From: Psammoneis japonica | Taxonomy: Eukaryota | DNA length: 64,000 nucleotides | Direction: 5' to 3' | Assembly: GCA_008632985.1 (NCBI GenBank) | Contig: QPGO01000114.1 | Coordinates: 1-64,000 of the forward strand | Part shown: positions 25,000 through 37,068 of the stretch, one piece after another | How positions within the stretch are numbered: position 1 is the first letter of the stretch | How the letters are laid out: the number at the start of each line of letters is the position of its first letter | The notes under the pieces: generated by a model | Seen by the model: the letters and a program-made list of their open reading frames with translations, nothing else | What the model was told of the DNA's origin: nothing | Database searches by the model: none | Position numbers and translations under genes: made by a program

Positions 25000-26620
25000 T
25001 GTTGACAACAACCCGAGTTCTTGCCTCCCACCCCGTGTGGTTGGTCCTTCTTCCTCCAACAACTGACAAGATTGGCGCTGCACTGTTTGATTTCCTGGAG
25101 GAAAGATTCTTCCTGGGTTTTCTTGCTGTTTTTTCTTCCACATGCAGAGTCAGGCATGTCGTTGCAGTCAAGATCAGACTGCACAGCCTTTCGGATGGGA
25201 ACCTGCCTGCAACATGGGCATCACAGAAAATGCTTGTGTCTCTTGAGACTGCATGTTGGACAATGCACACAGTTGTCACCGGTGAAAACTGGAACACAGC
25301 AAGGGCCCTTTCTTTGTCCAGCCAATCCGACAAATTTGACTGGACCTCCAAAATCTGGAAAACACGCCAATGCAGCTTCATCTGTTTGTGCAAGAGATGT
25401 TTCACCTCTTCCTGTTTTAAGGATGGATCTACGTGCTGCGGTCTAATTTGAAATGGCTTGCATTTCCCGCACTTCACCGTGTTGTTTTGACCTGCCTCGG
25501 AAAACCCTCGAACACTCATGCGTTTGTCAAACCCTCACAGGGGCTGTCAGATGGCTTTAAGAGCTGAACATTTGGCGCTCAAAATGCCACTTGTTGACCC
25601 ATGCCCTGTTGTCAGGTCGGAAAAACCGCTGATTTTTGCTAAAAATGGGCTTCTTGTGGCAGATTGGCGGTGACTTTCTGGGAAATGCCGACAAGTGGCA
25701 TTTGACTGGCTGTTGACATGTCTGCAGTCGTCAAGGTAAAACTCGTGCATGGCCATGCCTGTTGTTTAAGCATTCTGGCAGAGGGTGTCTGGCAAACGGA
25801 CAAAGTTTGACCCATCGCTGAATTTTTTTGCGAATGTGTGCGCATTTGCTGCGATGCATCCGGGTTGTTTGTGCAAAAATTGCGAGCTCCCAAAAAACAG
25901 ACTGCAGCATGTAGATCCATCCTCAACTCATGATCCTTTGTGTGCTCTTCCCTTGTGCAAAACTTTCCATGGGCAGAGATGTCTGCTTGTGCCTCGTCTT
26001 GAAGGAAGGGGGCCTTGTCGTGTGCTCACTCTTCATGCAAGAAGCAAACAATGCACTCTTCCAACACATGTTGTTTCTTCCATTTGACCCAAAACTCTGA
26101 AAAAGCAAGACTGCACACAGGCAAGAAGAAAATCCCAGTTTCTGTCAGCAACAGCAGCAGCTCCCTGAGTGCATCTTGGAAAAAAGGTCCCTTCAGAGCT
26201 GAAGCCGAGAGAGATGCGCCGGGTTTGAACACACGCAGTCAAAGCAAATGTGATCAAGCTTCGCCTCTTTGGACAATCTCTTCCACTCTGCTGATCTGTG
26301 CAAACTTGGAACATTGCACTCTGTGTGCTTTGGTGAGGAAGCACAGCACATCCTCTCATCAATTGTGCAAACGTTGCACACAAGTTCCTGCGGGCGTTGA
26401 GTTTGAATGCTGTCACGTGCATCTTTGTCACTTCCATTTAAATTGCCACTGACTTCCATGCCAGTTGCCAACAATCTGCTGGCATCATGGAACACTGCTT
26501 CACTCTCTGCCCCAGCTCAGATTTTGTGTTTGTCATCCATGTCATCCGTCTCCGCCCAAGCTGTGTTGTTGTTGCAGTCATGGGTGGCCTCCTTGCTGGA
26601 GTCGATGCCAGCGGCAATCA
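25000..26620 (-). pseudogene. Decayed gene, possibly a Rossmann-fold methyltransferase-like protein, interrupted by a MITE
   Basis: LDHICFDCVCSNPAH (back-mutates to LDHIYFDYVYSNPAY) followed by FFQDALRELLLLLTETGIFFLP, resembling the fD.i..D and L..gG.i.l strands of SAM-dependent MTases. Weak. Confidence 0.3.
25421..25922. mobile_element. 502-bp MITE, GG...CC termini, TTAA target-site duplication (Kolobok-like signature)
   Basis: ggatggatctacgtgctgcggtct (25421-25444) vs agactgcagcatgtagatccatcc (25899-25922): inverted, 2 mismatches, both CpG transitions. Flanks are TTAA (25417-20) and TCAA (25923-26). Confidence 0.8.
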
Positions 26621-27509
26621 TTTGACTTTGAGCTTGGCTTTCATTCTAGGAGACATCAACATGGATTTTGTCAGGCAAGGAACAGATGGGAAATGGAAGC
26701 AGCACGCTCAATGCAATCCCTCACCTCAACAGCCACAGATCTTTTGCATTTTTTGGTTTGGAAGTGGCGCACATTGATCATTTTTCTGCGTGCCTTTTTT
26801 TCTTTTGTTGAGCCAGCTCCAGGAGGGCTGCCTCCTTGAAAGCCAATCTGGCACAGCTTGGATCTGCTGGCCACTTTGCAAAGTCACCGAGGTGGTTTGG
26901 ATTGTGTGCATTGCTCTTCCCACTGCTCTCGAACATGAAGATTTTTGCATCAAACATCATCAGCATGATGCCACGGATGAAGTGGTCTGTCAAACCCCCT
27001 TTTTAAGTGACAAATGAAGGTGACCGCGTTTGTTCACCCAATGTGTGGGAGAATGACACAGCCTCAATTTTGTGTCAAGGCTGTTCTCCACACTGAACGG
27101 GGCCAGATGCACTGGGGGGGGGGGGGGGCAACGGCCAGATGGAATGTTGGCCAATGCTGTTTTGTGACATGGCAGCGGCAAAGCAATGCCAGGTTGAGTC
27201 AGGTGGAATGTCATCAGGAAAGAAGTGTGATGTGTTGGACTGAAATGAGATTCGTCTGTTCCATTTTGGTGATGTGGCATGACAGGCAAGGGATTGGGCA
27301 GCATTCTGTGGGGTGGGATCATGTTGAGGTTGTTGTTTCACACAGGGAATGACATGGCTGCAGAGGACAAGAGATGGCGTCACCCCAACATCATCCGTTC
27401 ACTGCTCAACATGTGTTGATCAGCAACTTGGACCAGATTTGGGAGACTGTGGTTTGCTGCGGGAGATGTGCTTCATGTCACAACAATGTGCAGGCTTTTG
27501 TTCAGTGCA

Positions 27510-27742
27510 TTGACAAAAAAGTGACACCAAATTGATCTGTCAACAGATGGTGCATCAACAAAAAAGCAATGCCAAATTGTTCTTTTGACACAGACATGTG
27601 CAACAACAAAAAAGTGATGCCAAATTGATCTGTCAACAGACAGGCGCATCAATGAAAAAGTGATGCCAGGTTGATCTGTCAACATGTGGGTGTGCAACAA
27701 AAAAGTGATGCCAAATTGATCTGTTGACAGATGGGTGCATCA
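27510..27742. repeat. Tandem repeat, ~45-bp unit, ~5 copies
   Basis: aaaaaagtgatgccaaattgatctgtcaacaga-like unit recurs at ~27515, 27560, 27608, 27655 and 27699. Confidence 0.85.
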
Positions 27743-28123
27743 TTTGCAGTTGTTTGTCATGTGCATTGATCTCAAAGAGATTGTTTTTGATGCAGAATGA
27801 ACGGTGGATGGTGGCTGTTCCTTTGTTTCAGCGGCGGCGTCAACATGAAAACATCACACAACAACCCTGACAAGATGGTGTGCAAGCAAGTTGTTTTCTG
27901 TGCTTTGAGACAGCTGGGATGACCCATTCAATGAAGTCATGCAGCAAACTGGATGGACAAAGATCATGTCACAAGGGGCCATTTGCAAAAAAAAGTCCAC
28001 CGTGCACCCGACAGATGCTGTTGGCAACACAGCAATGGATGCGGACTTTCGCTGAATTGGGTGAAATCTGCTTAAAAAAAGACCAGGTTCCATTTGATTT
28101 GGTGGAGCCAGCATGTTCAGAGA

Positions 28124-28886
28124 ATGGCGCAAAAGTGCTCTGTTGACGGATGCCGGAAATTTGCCCGTTGGCCAACAACGTCATGTCAGAAACATGGCAA
28201 GTCACCAACACACCCGGGTGAAGTGAAATCTTGTGTCGTCAAGAGCAATGTGGCCAGGTGCAAAGAAAGAGTGCACCAGGAAGGGAAAAAAGGCTGCTTG
28301 CAAAAATTCAAAACACCACAACCCCTGCTCAACAAGATCACAACCCTGGCAAACAAGGCACCAAGCAGCAAGCAAAAGAAGGAAAGACACCGTTTTGTTG
28401 GTGAGTTTGCCATTGACAAAAAGGACAAGGCGGAAGGCATTGAGTTGGCAGAAAAAATGTTGGAGTTAATTCCTGGCTTTCCCCTGGCAGATGATTTGGG
28501 CAGAAAGATGTCTCGGTGCACTCACTCCTGCTTCAAGTTCAAGATCAAACTTCTGGCAAAAGGGGGAAATTCATCACAATTGCATGGAAATGGAGCCATT
28601 TCCTGGTGACAAAATTTTCACCATGTCTCCATTCCTTGATGACACAATGGAAGACAATGGCACACTTGAGATGTGGCTGGACAGTTGTGAGGCAACATCA
28701 AATGAGAAGGAACATGAAAGACACTTGGTCAGGTTGGGTTTGGAAAAACAATCGCTGGTTGGAGAAGCAGGCACTGCATTTGTTTTTGATGCAAGAATGT
28801 TGCACCAAGCTTTGCCCAACAAAACAAATTTGGGTCGAAGGAACATGGCATGTCTGGCCCACAATTTTGACACAGCAAGTGTGTGA
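28124..28886 (+). pseudogene. Decayed gene: CxxxGC...C.KHG zinc-finger-like N-terminus plus PhyH-like 2OG-Fe(II) dioxygenase domain
   Basis: CSVDGCRKFARWPTTSCQKHG, then (frameshifted) FLDDTMEDNGTLEMWLDS...GEAGTAFVFDARMLHQALPNKTNLGRR, matching the PhyH pattern dd....nG.l....gS...aG.vvfd..l.H...N.s..R. Confidence 0.6.
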
Positions 28887-30699
28887 ACAAGCAGTCGTTG
28901 GAATGCAAAACTGGCCAAGTGGTGAGTTGGCAAAGGCAAAAAGTGAGTTTGTGCAAATGGCCAATTGACAATGCATTGCTTGCATGGAAGAAAGTCACCT
29001 AAAAAAAGGGAAAGTGCGAAGTTGCCCACTTTTGGCAGGCTTGAATTTTTGTTTGATGTCAGTCCCTGGGTTGTTCCCAGCGGAATGCATTGGCTCCACT
29101 GTGCTGTCTCTTTTCTTGGTGTGCTCATGAAGCAGGTGCCTGTCAACACCACCTCCCCATGACAGATCATCTGGACAGGCAGGAACAGAGAATGCTTCAT
29201 GCCTCCATTTGTGGGCACACACACAAAACATCATGTCCAGCAAAATGACAATGGCGCCTTCAGGACACTCATTGGACAGCATCTCCTCAAGTTGGTTCTG
29301 TGTTGCATTGTCGTCAAAAAGCATTCACCCATTGCAGTTGTTGAAGAAAATTTTTAAGTTGTTCTGATGGTGCAGCCTGCACACAGCATCATCTTCAGAG
29401 AGGAAGTCCTCATTGATCAGGGTGGGACAATGACCGGTGGGGTTGGGCCAGATGGCGTTGCACCACTGAGAGCCCAAATCATGATGGGTGGTGGAGCTCA
29501 ATGCTGTGGGCATTGCAGGAAGGAACAAGCAAATGACAGGCAATCACAAAACCAGCACAACCACTGCCAATGTCAAGGAAATAAAAAGAGCTGCGAGTGT
29601 GGGCCGCAAGGAGAGCGGGGTTGCAAATGACTTCGGCAAAGAAGGCAAAGCTTGCCATGCCACCATGTGATTCCACACCATCACCAGCAAAATGACCCAT
29701 TTGATCATCAATTGGTGGCATGTCATTGCAGTGGAGGGAACACATGTTCCTGCAACAGGAACGACTCACAACAACCATGTCTCAGTGGCAACAAGATGCT
29801 TTGGCAGCCATTGGAGGACCAAAAGGGAATGCGCTAAATTGTGGACAGATGCTTTTGCTGATGTGCACACGCTCAACAACAATTGGAAGTGGGTTGGATG
29901 GTTTGGGTGACCAAGAGAGCAATTGGAGAGATGTGGTGTTGGGGAAGTGGAGAGAATGACCGACCAAGACAGGGACAAATTGACAAGAGACAATGCGTGA
30001 TGTGGATTTGTGTGAACAAACAGGGGGTTTGACACAACTTTTAAAACCCAACGAAACTGATGTTGCATCAGGAAGCAGGTGCAATGCACACATTCATGTA
30101 AGAACATAAAATGTGTTGTTTGACATTGATTCGAATGATGTTGCAATCTTCACTGAGGCACTGGGTTGGCTGGCAAAGGCTCACAATTCAAAACAGTGGA
30201 AGGTTGACAGAAATTCAAACATGGGGTTGGGAATGAGCACTCAAAAATGATGCAAACACCTGTTTGAATTGAGAGAGGACACACGAGCAATGACAAAACA
30301 GAGAAAATCACATGCAAAGTGCGCCCACTTTGCAACTCACCTGCTCACAAAGCAACAGGAAAGGACAGCAGTTCCAAATGAGAGGAAGCCATTGGGGAGG
30401 TAAAAAAATGGAGGAGATGGTTCTCACAGGAGCAACAGAGGGAGGAAGTGTGACTTCAAGCTGTGAGCAAGGTTGAGAAAGGACATGACAAAGAGTTGCT
30501 GATGAACCAACAGAGCTGGATTTGCCTGTGTGGTGTCACGTGAAGTCACCATGAGCCCTGCGGTGGTGGCCTTGTTGAGCACACAAAGAAATGAACATGA
30601 GGAGCTGAACAGATTCCAGTGCACAGGTGGGGATTCGAGTTTGGTGTGGTGACTCCCTCAGAGGGATGTCTTGTGTTGGATCGTGCACCAGCGGTGGGC

Positions 30700-31600
30700 A
30701 AGAAATTGACAGCATCAATGCTGACAAAGGCAATCAATGAAAGTGTTTGACTGCATTGCAAGTTCACAATCTTCCATCGAGAACTTGCCGCAGGAGGAGA
30801 TTGCATGAAATTGGTTCTGCAGGAGTTGAGGAGCATGGTGTCTTCACTGGAGGTGTTCTGGGAAGAATGCAAAGAGGTGTTCAGAGCCAAACTCAGCCGA
30901 AAGAGGAACAATGTGCAGGACAATGTTGGGAGGAGAATGACAGGCAAGCAGATGTGTGCGTGCCTTTGATTGTGTTGGAGGTGATTGTCCAACAAGATGA
31001 GTGTCGCTTCCTTTGATTTTGTCTGTGCAGTTGCTGCTTTAGAGGGATCACTGGTGGATTGCAAAGATTTGATGAAGGGAAGAAATGACAAGGACACACA
31101 CATGTGGTTCTTGGAAACTGTGGCGCCGATGGTGGTGGGACAAGCGCAGTTTGGCAGAAGCACAACCGACATGCTTCAGGAGTGGCTTTCCATTTCGTTG
31201 GACGCACTTGCTCTGCTGGCGCACTTGAGCTGCTGCAACAAGGTGAAGGACATGGCAGAGAAATTGGAAAAGGAAGAAAACATTGCAAGAAGAAGAAAGC
31301 TGACAGTGAAAGACGCTGCTCCTGCAAAGTGCACAGTGTGGGCAGTGGGAGAATTGGCAAAGCAGAGCCAAGGATGGAGCAAGGATGGGATCAAGAAGCA
31401 CAATGATCTGTGTCAGTGGGTGGTGAAAGACAGAGAGAACAACCAGGGATTTGGTGCATGGTTCAAGGAGAGAAGGCAAGAGAAGACAAACTTGTCCAGG
31501 GAGGAAAACGAGAAACGCAAAAGAGAGGAAAGGAGAAAGGAGAGAGAGGAAGGATGGGTGGCGCCAATGGGGGAGAAGACCTGCCATTGCAGGCGGTGGC
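30700..31600 (+). pseudogene. Decayed transposon-associated accessory ORF (GWS..GI..N.L...V..DR type)
   Basis: SISLDALALLAH...AKCT...QGWSKDGIKKHNDLCQWVVKDRE. I recall this motif from proteins found beside Plavaka/CACTA-type transposases; KCT and KHN would derive from KYT and KYN. Confidence 0.5.
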
Positions 31601-34090
31601 TGCAGGCAACGGAGCGGCAGCAAATGCCACAATGGCGACCAACCAAACTGGTGCGTAAACACAAATTGAAGCAAACAACAAAATCCAAAAAAGCAAAAAC
31701 AAAAAAACTTTCTGCAAAGCGGTTTGGATGCAAGAACGTGTGGCAGTTGGAAATTTGGATTTGAAAGCAACATGGCAAAGAGACAAAATGTAGGATGAGT
31801 TGGTGGACAATGAGGGTGGATCACAAGCAGCAACATTTGTGTCAAAAGAACAAGAAACCGCAAATGTCAATTGGGGCGCAGGCCACCATTGTGTGAAAAG
31901 ATTGATCATGCTTAAAAGTGGGAAGCGATTTGGGTTTTAGAAGCTCACAAACTTGTGCAGCTCTCATGTTGCATTTAAGGAGAGACTTGGCTCATGAGTT
32001 GACAACAATCTGGCATTGAAGTCAACAAACACCCAGATTGCAGCAGACAGTCAGAACCAGATTGTTGGCATCCCAGATGGTGCAATTTCTTGACACTCTT
32101 CCTTGAAAGCACCGGACAAATTGGGAACTTCAAAACCTCCTGTCAACATGTCAGCCACATTTGTCTGTTGTCTGTGCATCCCAACAGGAGAAGGAGGTGG
32201 TGGGAGGGAGTGTGTCTCTCCCCTGCCCTGACCCTGAACAGAGTGGAGAAAGATGGGTGAGACAAAGTCGGGGTGCCGCGGGTTTGGGGGTTTGGGGGGG
32301 GGGGGGCAACCACTTTCAAAATGACCAAATGTGCAAGCAGTCTTGCACACAAAACAGAGTGCAATCACTTTTGCATGGTTTGGGGATTCATGAAAATCAC
32401 TTTATTTGCTCGCACAAAACATTCCAAATTTTGCATTGCCTCGGTCATTTTTGGGTTGGGATGCCATTGACTCCTGGCCAATTGATTGGTCATTTTTCCA
32501 TTTTGAGGCTGTTGATGTAAAACATTTGAGTGCCAGTTGCTTTTGTCTTTCTTTGCGCCCTTGACAACATGTGCACGTGACAAAGCCCTTTTTTCCATTG
32601 AGATGATGGATGTGGTGATTTTGTGCTTTTTGTGTGCTCGCTTGCTTTCAAACCAGAGATCATGAGGCAGCACAAACAACTCATTCAACACCCTTGTTTC
32701 TGCACCTGACAAGGACAACCACATGATGCAAGCCTGGATTGTTGATGAATTGTTGGTCAAAAGTCATTGTCTGACAATTGCAGTCTTCAGCTGCAAATGC
32801 CTTGCACACAGTCATTTGCAGCACCAGAGGAGCCTGACAGCCTTCTTGGAACCCTCTCTTGGGATCAATTCAAACTGTGAGTTTTTGCAAAATGAGTTGC
32901 TCTGTGTCACATCAGACTGTGCACCTTTTGGGGCTCTGGCTTTGTTGTTCGCACCCCGGTGTTCGAACTCTGCATGCTTGTCATCGACAAACTTGCGCTG
33001 CATTGATTCAAAGCAATGGCGAGTGCGCGAGTGCACATTGGTGGTTTGCAAGCTGTGGCATCGCTGTGATCATGCACAGTCCTTCTTGTTGAGGGTGCGG
33101 TCTCTTCCACAAATTGCGCGGGGCCCTGCAGCAATGGACTGGGCTTCGAATGAACAAAGCAGCTCAACACATTGGGTTGATTGCTCAGGCGCTCAAAGAC
33201 ACGTGACCACAAAGCGCGAGGCAGCCCTGCAATGTTTGTTTTGCAGACTTGGATGCGACCAACTCGATGATGTTGTCTGTGTCATTGTCACACACACCTT
33301 TGCACCTTGCTTGCTGCTTGCACAGAAACAACCAAGCAAGAGAGTCAGTGAGCAGTGAGCATCCCAATTCCCAAATGCCGGTGGCAAGAGGAGGAGTCGT
33401 CGTCACGAGCAGCGTCCGACGTTGGCTTCGAAGCGACTGCGAATTGCAGCCAGCGGCAGCAATCATTGTACAGGTGTCTTGTGCATGTAGAAATTATGAT
33501 GCCGATGTGTTAAAAGATATTTCGTTTGGGTGCTTGTGCTTTTTCTGTTTCCATTTCGCGCGCATTTTCGCACTCTATCTCCAGCTAGGGCCCTGCCGGA
33601 GGCACGGCATGTGAACAGTGGCGAACTTTTTTTCAGGATCGCCTCACAGACCCCAAGACCCATATATCGGTGGAAAGCTCTCGACGAGCTGAACAAGGTC
33701 AAACGCATGTTGCATCGGTCGGAGTGAGCGGAAAGCGAATGTTTGTCGTTGAAAATTTGGTACTTATTTAAAGAAAAATAACGGTTATATTCGCCTTTTT
33801 GTAATTGATTTTTATATTTATATCCAAACATTAATCGTATCATAAATTTGACATTTAATCCGGAGTTCCGAAATCTCATGCAGGATTGTATACTATATAA
33901 ATTACTTATGGGACACCTTGTTTCTATACTTTGCTCTTGCTCTACAGCTCTTACAACTGAAGATATCGAAAAAAGGCTTTCGTCAGTTGCTGCAACTGGG
34001 TGTGTTTTAGTGACTGACGAAAGCCGATTTTCGATAAGTATTTTTGGTGTCGAGATTTTTCAATAGCAAAAATAACTTCGCCACTATTTA

Positions 34091-34452
34091 TGGGGACATC
34101 CCGAATAAATTTAGCCAGTGGCTAAAAACCTCCTGTAGAATTATACGCATTTCTCCTGGTATGCGATTTATTTAATGATAACGCCTTTTAACGCCACCCC
34201 ATTGTTTTCTTTTATATACATAAAATTATTTGTAGTTTTTTGTTTTTGTATTTATTTTTAGAGGCTTAAAAGCTAAAGGTTTTATATTAACGAACGTTAT
34301 AGTTAGCAGCAAACCGTTACAGATATGACATTTATAGGTTCAGTAAAGTGCATAGTAAATATTTTCTGTGTAGAAAATATACTAGCGTACAAACCTGGTA
34401 TGTGTCTACACAAGATTTTAGCCACTGGCTAAAATCATTCGGTATGTCCCCA
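34091..34452. mobile_element. AT-rich MITE (~362 bp), ~37-bp TIRs with an internal palindrome, flanked by TA; not TpA-depleted
   Basis: tggggacatcccgaataaatttagccagtggctaaaa (from 34091) vs reverse complement from 34452 tggggacataccgaatgattttagccagtggctaaaa. TA at 34089-90 and 34453-54. Confidence 0.8.
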
Positions 34453-35294
34453 TACATACCTCCGGTACTCGACGACTCCTCCTCACCTCTTGCCTGCCCA
34501 CCGTCACATTTTTTCTCACAAAAGCGAAAAGCGCCGCTGTCTCATCACTACAAGAAAACACGTTTGCAATTTGCAACATCATGTCGGAAGAAGAAATGTA
34601 AGTAAAGAAAAATGCTTCGGTGAATTTCTTCCTTGCATGACACCACTGCTGTCTGCCGGCTGCCTGCAGTCAATTCCATTGCTCCCCCCAAACGCGGCAT
34701 GCGGCGCGGCCTTGACGTGGTGGATCGAATCGTTTCTCCCAGTGTCATTCGATGCAAAACCGATTTTGTTTGCACAAACGAAATAATTTTTAGTTTCTAC
34801 TGGTTGAGATGACCTACAAAACGTGTTGGGTGGATTTTATGACAAGCCGGGTGTTTGATCAGGCAACGCGGGAACGCGTTGTGTTTGTTCGTCTTTCGCT
34901 TCTTGACCACGAGACTATTGTTCCAACATGCGTTGATCTACAGCATGTCCAACCAGTACGTTTCAATCGCTAAATAATATCGCAACGTTACCCTCTTGTA
35001 CGAGGAAACGCAGACGACGACTGCTCCATGGTACTGTACTTCTGCCTTTTCCAGCCATTGCGTCGTTGACCCCCACGTTTCTTGCATTTTCGAATTTTCA
35101 CGCCATCCATGACGTCATGTGTGTAGATTCTACGTCAGCTTGTACGGCGCACTTGTCTCGCGATCTTGCATTTTCAAAAGGATTCTGTGTGTCGCGCGGA
35201 GACCATATATCTTTTCGCAGTGTGTCACACACATCACTCTCTCTTTTATTCAATAAAATTAATTGGAAAACATACAACATACATGCACCTCACC

Positions 35295-36462
35295 ATGTTG
35301 TTGTTATCGGCTCTTCGTTCTTCCGCCAGCAAACGTCTTTACTCGACCGGAGCCATTGCCGAGTCTCTCAAGGGAATGGTCGGACGGAACTTTATTTCCA
35401 TTGATGAACTCAGGTATGTGAATTATTTTGTTCTTTGAAATCAGAACATACAGTATGATGAAAGAATTACGTGTTGCTGCCGCAGAATCTTACAGTATGA
35501 TTTGCTTGTGTGTCCATGATTTCCAACTACTACTACTTCTATATTGTAATAGCAACGACGAAATGCGTGGTTTGTTGGATTTGAGCAAACACTACAAGGC
35601 CACGTACGGCAAGGATTCGACGGTGGATCCGCAAACGGCACCTCGTCCGCTCTTGGGCAAGACGGTCAGCATGATTTTCCAAAAGCGCTCGACGCGTACT
35701 CGCGTGTCGACGGAAACGGGCATGTTTCACTTGGGAGGACACGCTCTCTTTTTGGGACCCTCCGACATTCAATTGGGTGTCAACGAAAGCATGAAGGATA
35801 CGTCGTTGGTATTGAGTCGATTTAATGACTTGATTTTGGCTCGTGTCTATGGACACAAGGACATTTTGGAATTGGCAGAGCATTCCACGGTTCCTGTCAT
35901 TAACGCATTGTCGGATTTGCATCATCCACTCCAAACTCTAGCGGACTATATGGCGTTGGAGCAACACTTTGGTTCCCTCCAAGGTAAAACCGTGGCATGG
36001 GTCGGTGATGGCAACAACGTTTTGCACGATTTGATGTTGGGAGCACCCAAGGTGGGCATGAATGTACACTACGCCACTCCCAAAGGATATGAACCCAACG
36101 AAACAATCGTTCAAAAGACTAAGGACCTTTTGGCCGAAAATGGTTGCAAGGAACTATTCGCCACCAACGATGCCTCCCTTGCCGTGACAGGTGCCGATGT
36201 CATTGTCACTGACACGTGGGTCAGCATGGGACAAGAAGAAGAGTATCAGAAGCGTCTTGCCGAATTTGACGGATACCAAGTCAACGCGGGCCTCATGGCC
36301 AAGGCCAATGATGGGGCCGTCTTTTTGCATTGTTTGCCCCGTCATCCGGAAGAAGTTTCCGATGAAGTGTTTTATTCGGATGCCTCCTTGATTTTCCCAG
36401 AAGCGGAGAACCGCAAATGGACAGTCATGGCTGTCATGGCGGCTCAACTTGGAAAGATATAA
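35295..36462 (+). CDS. OTC: Ornithine carbamoyltransferase, probably mitochondrial (urea cycle); exons 35295-35413 and 35553-36462, 342 aa
   Basis: KRSTRT carbamoyl-phosphate motif, HPLQ, WVGDGNNV, DTWVSMG, FLHCLP, EAENR. A GT...AG intron at 35414-35552 joins RNFISIDEL-S-NDEM in frame. N-terminus MLLLSALRSSASKRLYS resembles a mitochondrial presequence. Confidence 0.95.
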
Positions 36463-37068
36463 AAAAATACCGGAAACGAAAAATGAGCGTAGACGTAGTG
36501 GTGGGAGAAATTGTGTTTAATTAGATGGACGTGCATACCATTGCTACTCTGTTGTGTTGGAGTAATGATACGTACTGTAGTCGGTAGCATGGTGGTTATG
36601 GCTCATGTTGTTTCGTTTTTTCTGTCACCACATTGAACTATTCCATATTGATACATACGTTTTCGCCAAACGGCTCAAGCTCCTACCAACTCGGTTCTCT
36701 CAGGTACAGTACGCAACATTGACTCGGCGTTTGCACCACAGTAGTGCCTAGATACGTTCTTACCTTACATTTTTTTCATTTTTCAGGACGCAATCTTGAC
36801 TCGACGATATTTCTTTAGCGCGACAGACCTGGTGATATAAGAGAGATGCGTCGCACGTTTCCCAGTGCAACTCAGGCATTGATGAATCCGTCTGGTCCAG
36901 TTGATGCTTGGGGAACGGATTGTAGAGCCAACGATACCTCGCCTCCCTCTACTCTCTAGAGTACTTCTAGCTACTCGTAGTTAGTAGTCGTACAAAAATC
37001 CAAGGACGTCACTTTTCGCAAAGATGAAAAGAATATGAAAATGGTCTAAATTTTATTTTGAGTGAATC

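Larger units (their letters stand above)
8870..33465. other. TpA-depleted (TA->TG/CA hypermutated) repeat domain 1
   Basis: TA is nearly absent (none seen at 18868-20911). ORFs are almost Tyr-free and Cys/His-rich. TA returns abruptly at ~33469. Leaky patch at ~9580-9860. Confidence 0.9.

Noticed and set aside
27510..27742. CRISPR-like short repeats
   Set aside because: Degenerate head-to-tail units without distinct spacers.
8870..33465. Classical fungal RIP or simple CpG methylation decay as the cause of the skew
   Set aside because: RIP increases TpA and lowers GC; CpG decay does not remove TA. Conserved Tyr codons and TSDs polarise the change away from TA.
8870..33465. Alternative genetic code or foreign/contaminant DNA
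   Set aside because: Depletion affects non-coding repeats, TIRs and all frames, and the depleted blocks contain copies of sequences found unmutated in the same window.
16504..33625. Possible termini of a giant element (cacagggtgcacgtgtgccgtgcc vs ggcacggcatgtgaacagtg)
   Set aside because: Only ~9 bp of inverted match and no TSD found; too weak.
35428..35552. N-terminus of the 344-aa ORF call for OTC
   Set aside because: It lies within the GT-AG intron 35414-35552; the likely first exon begins at 35295.
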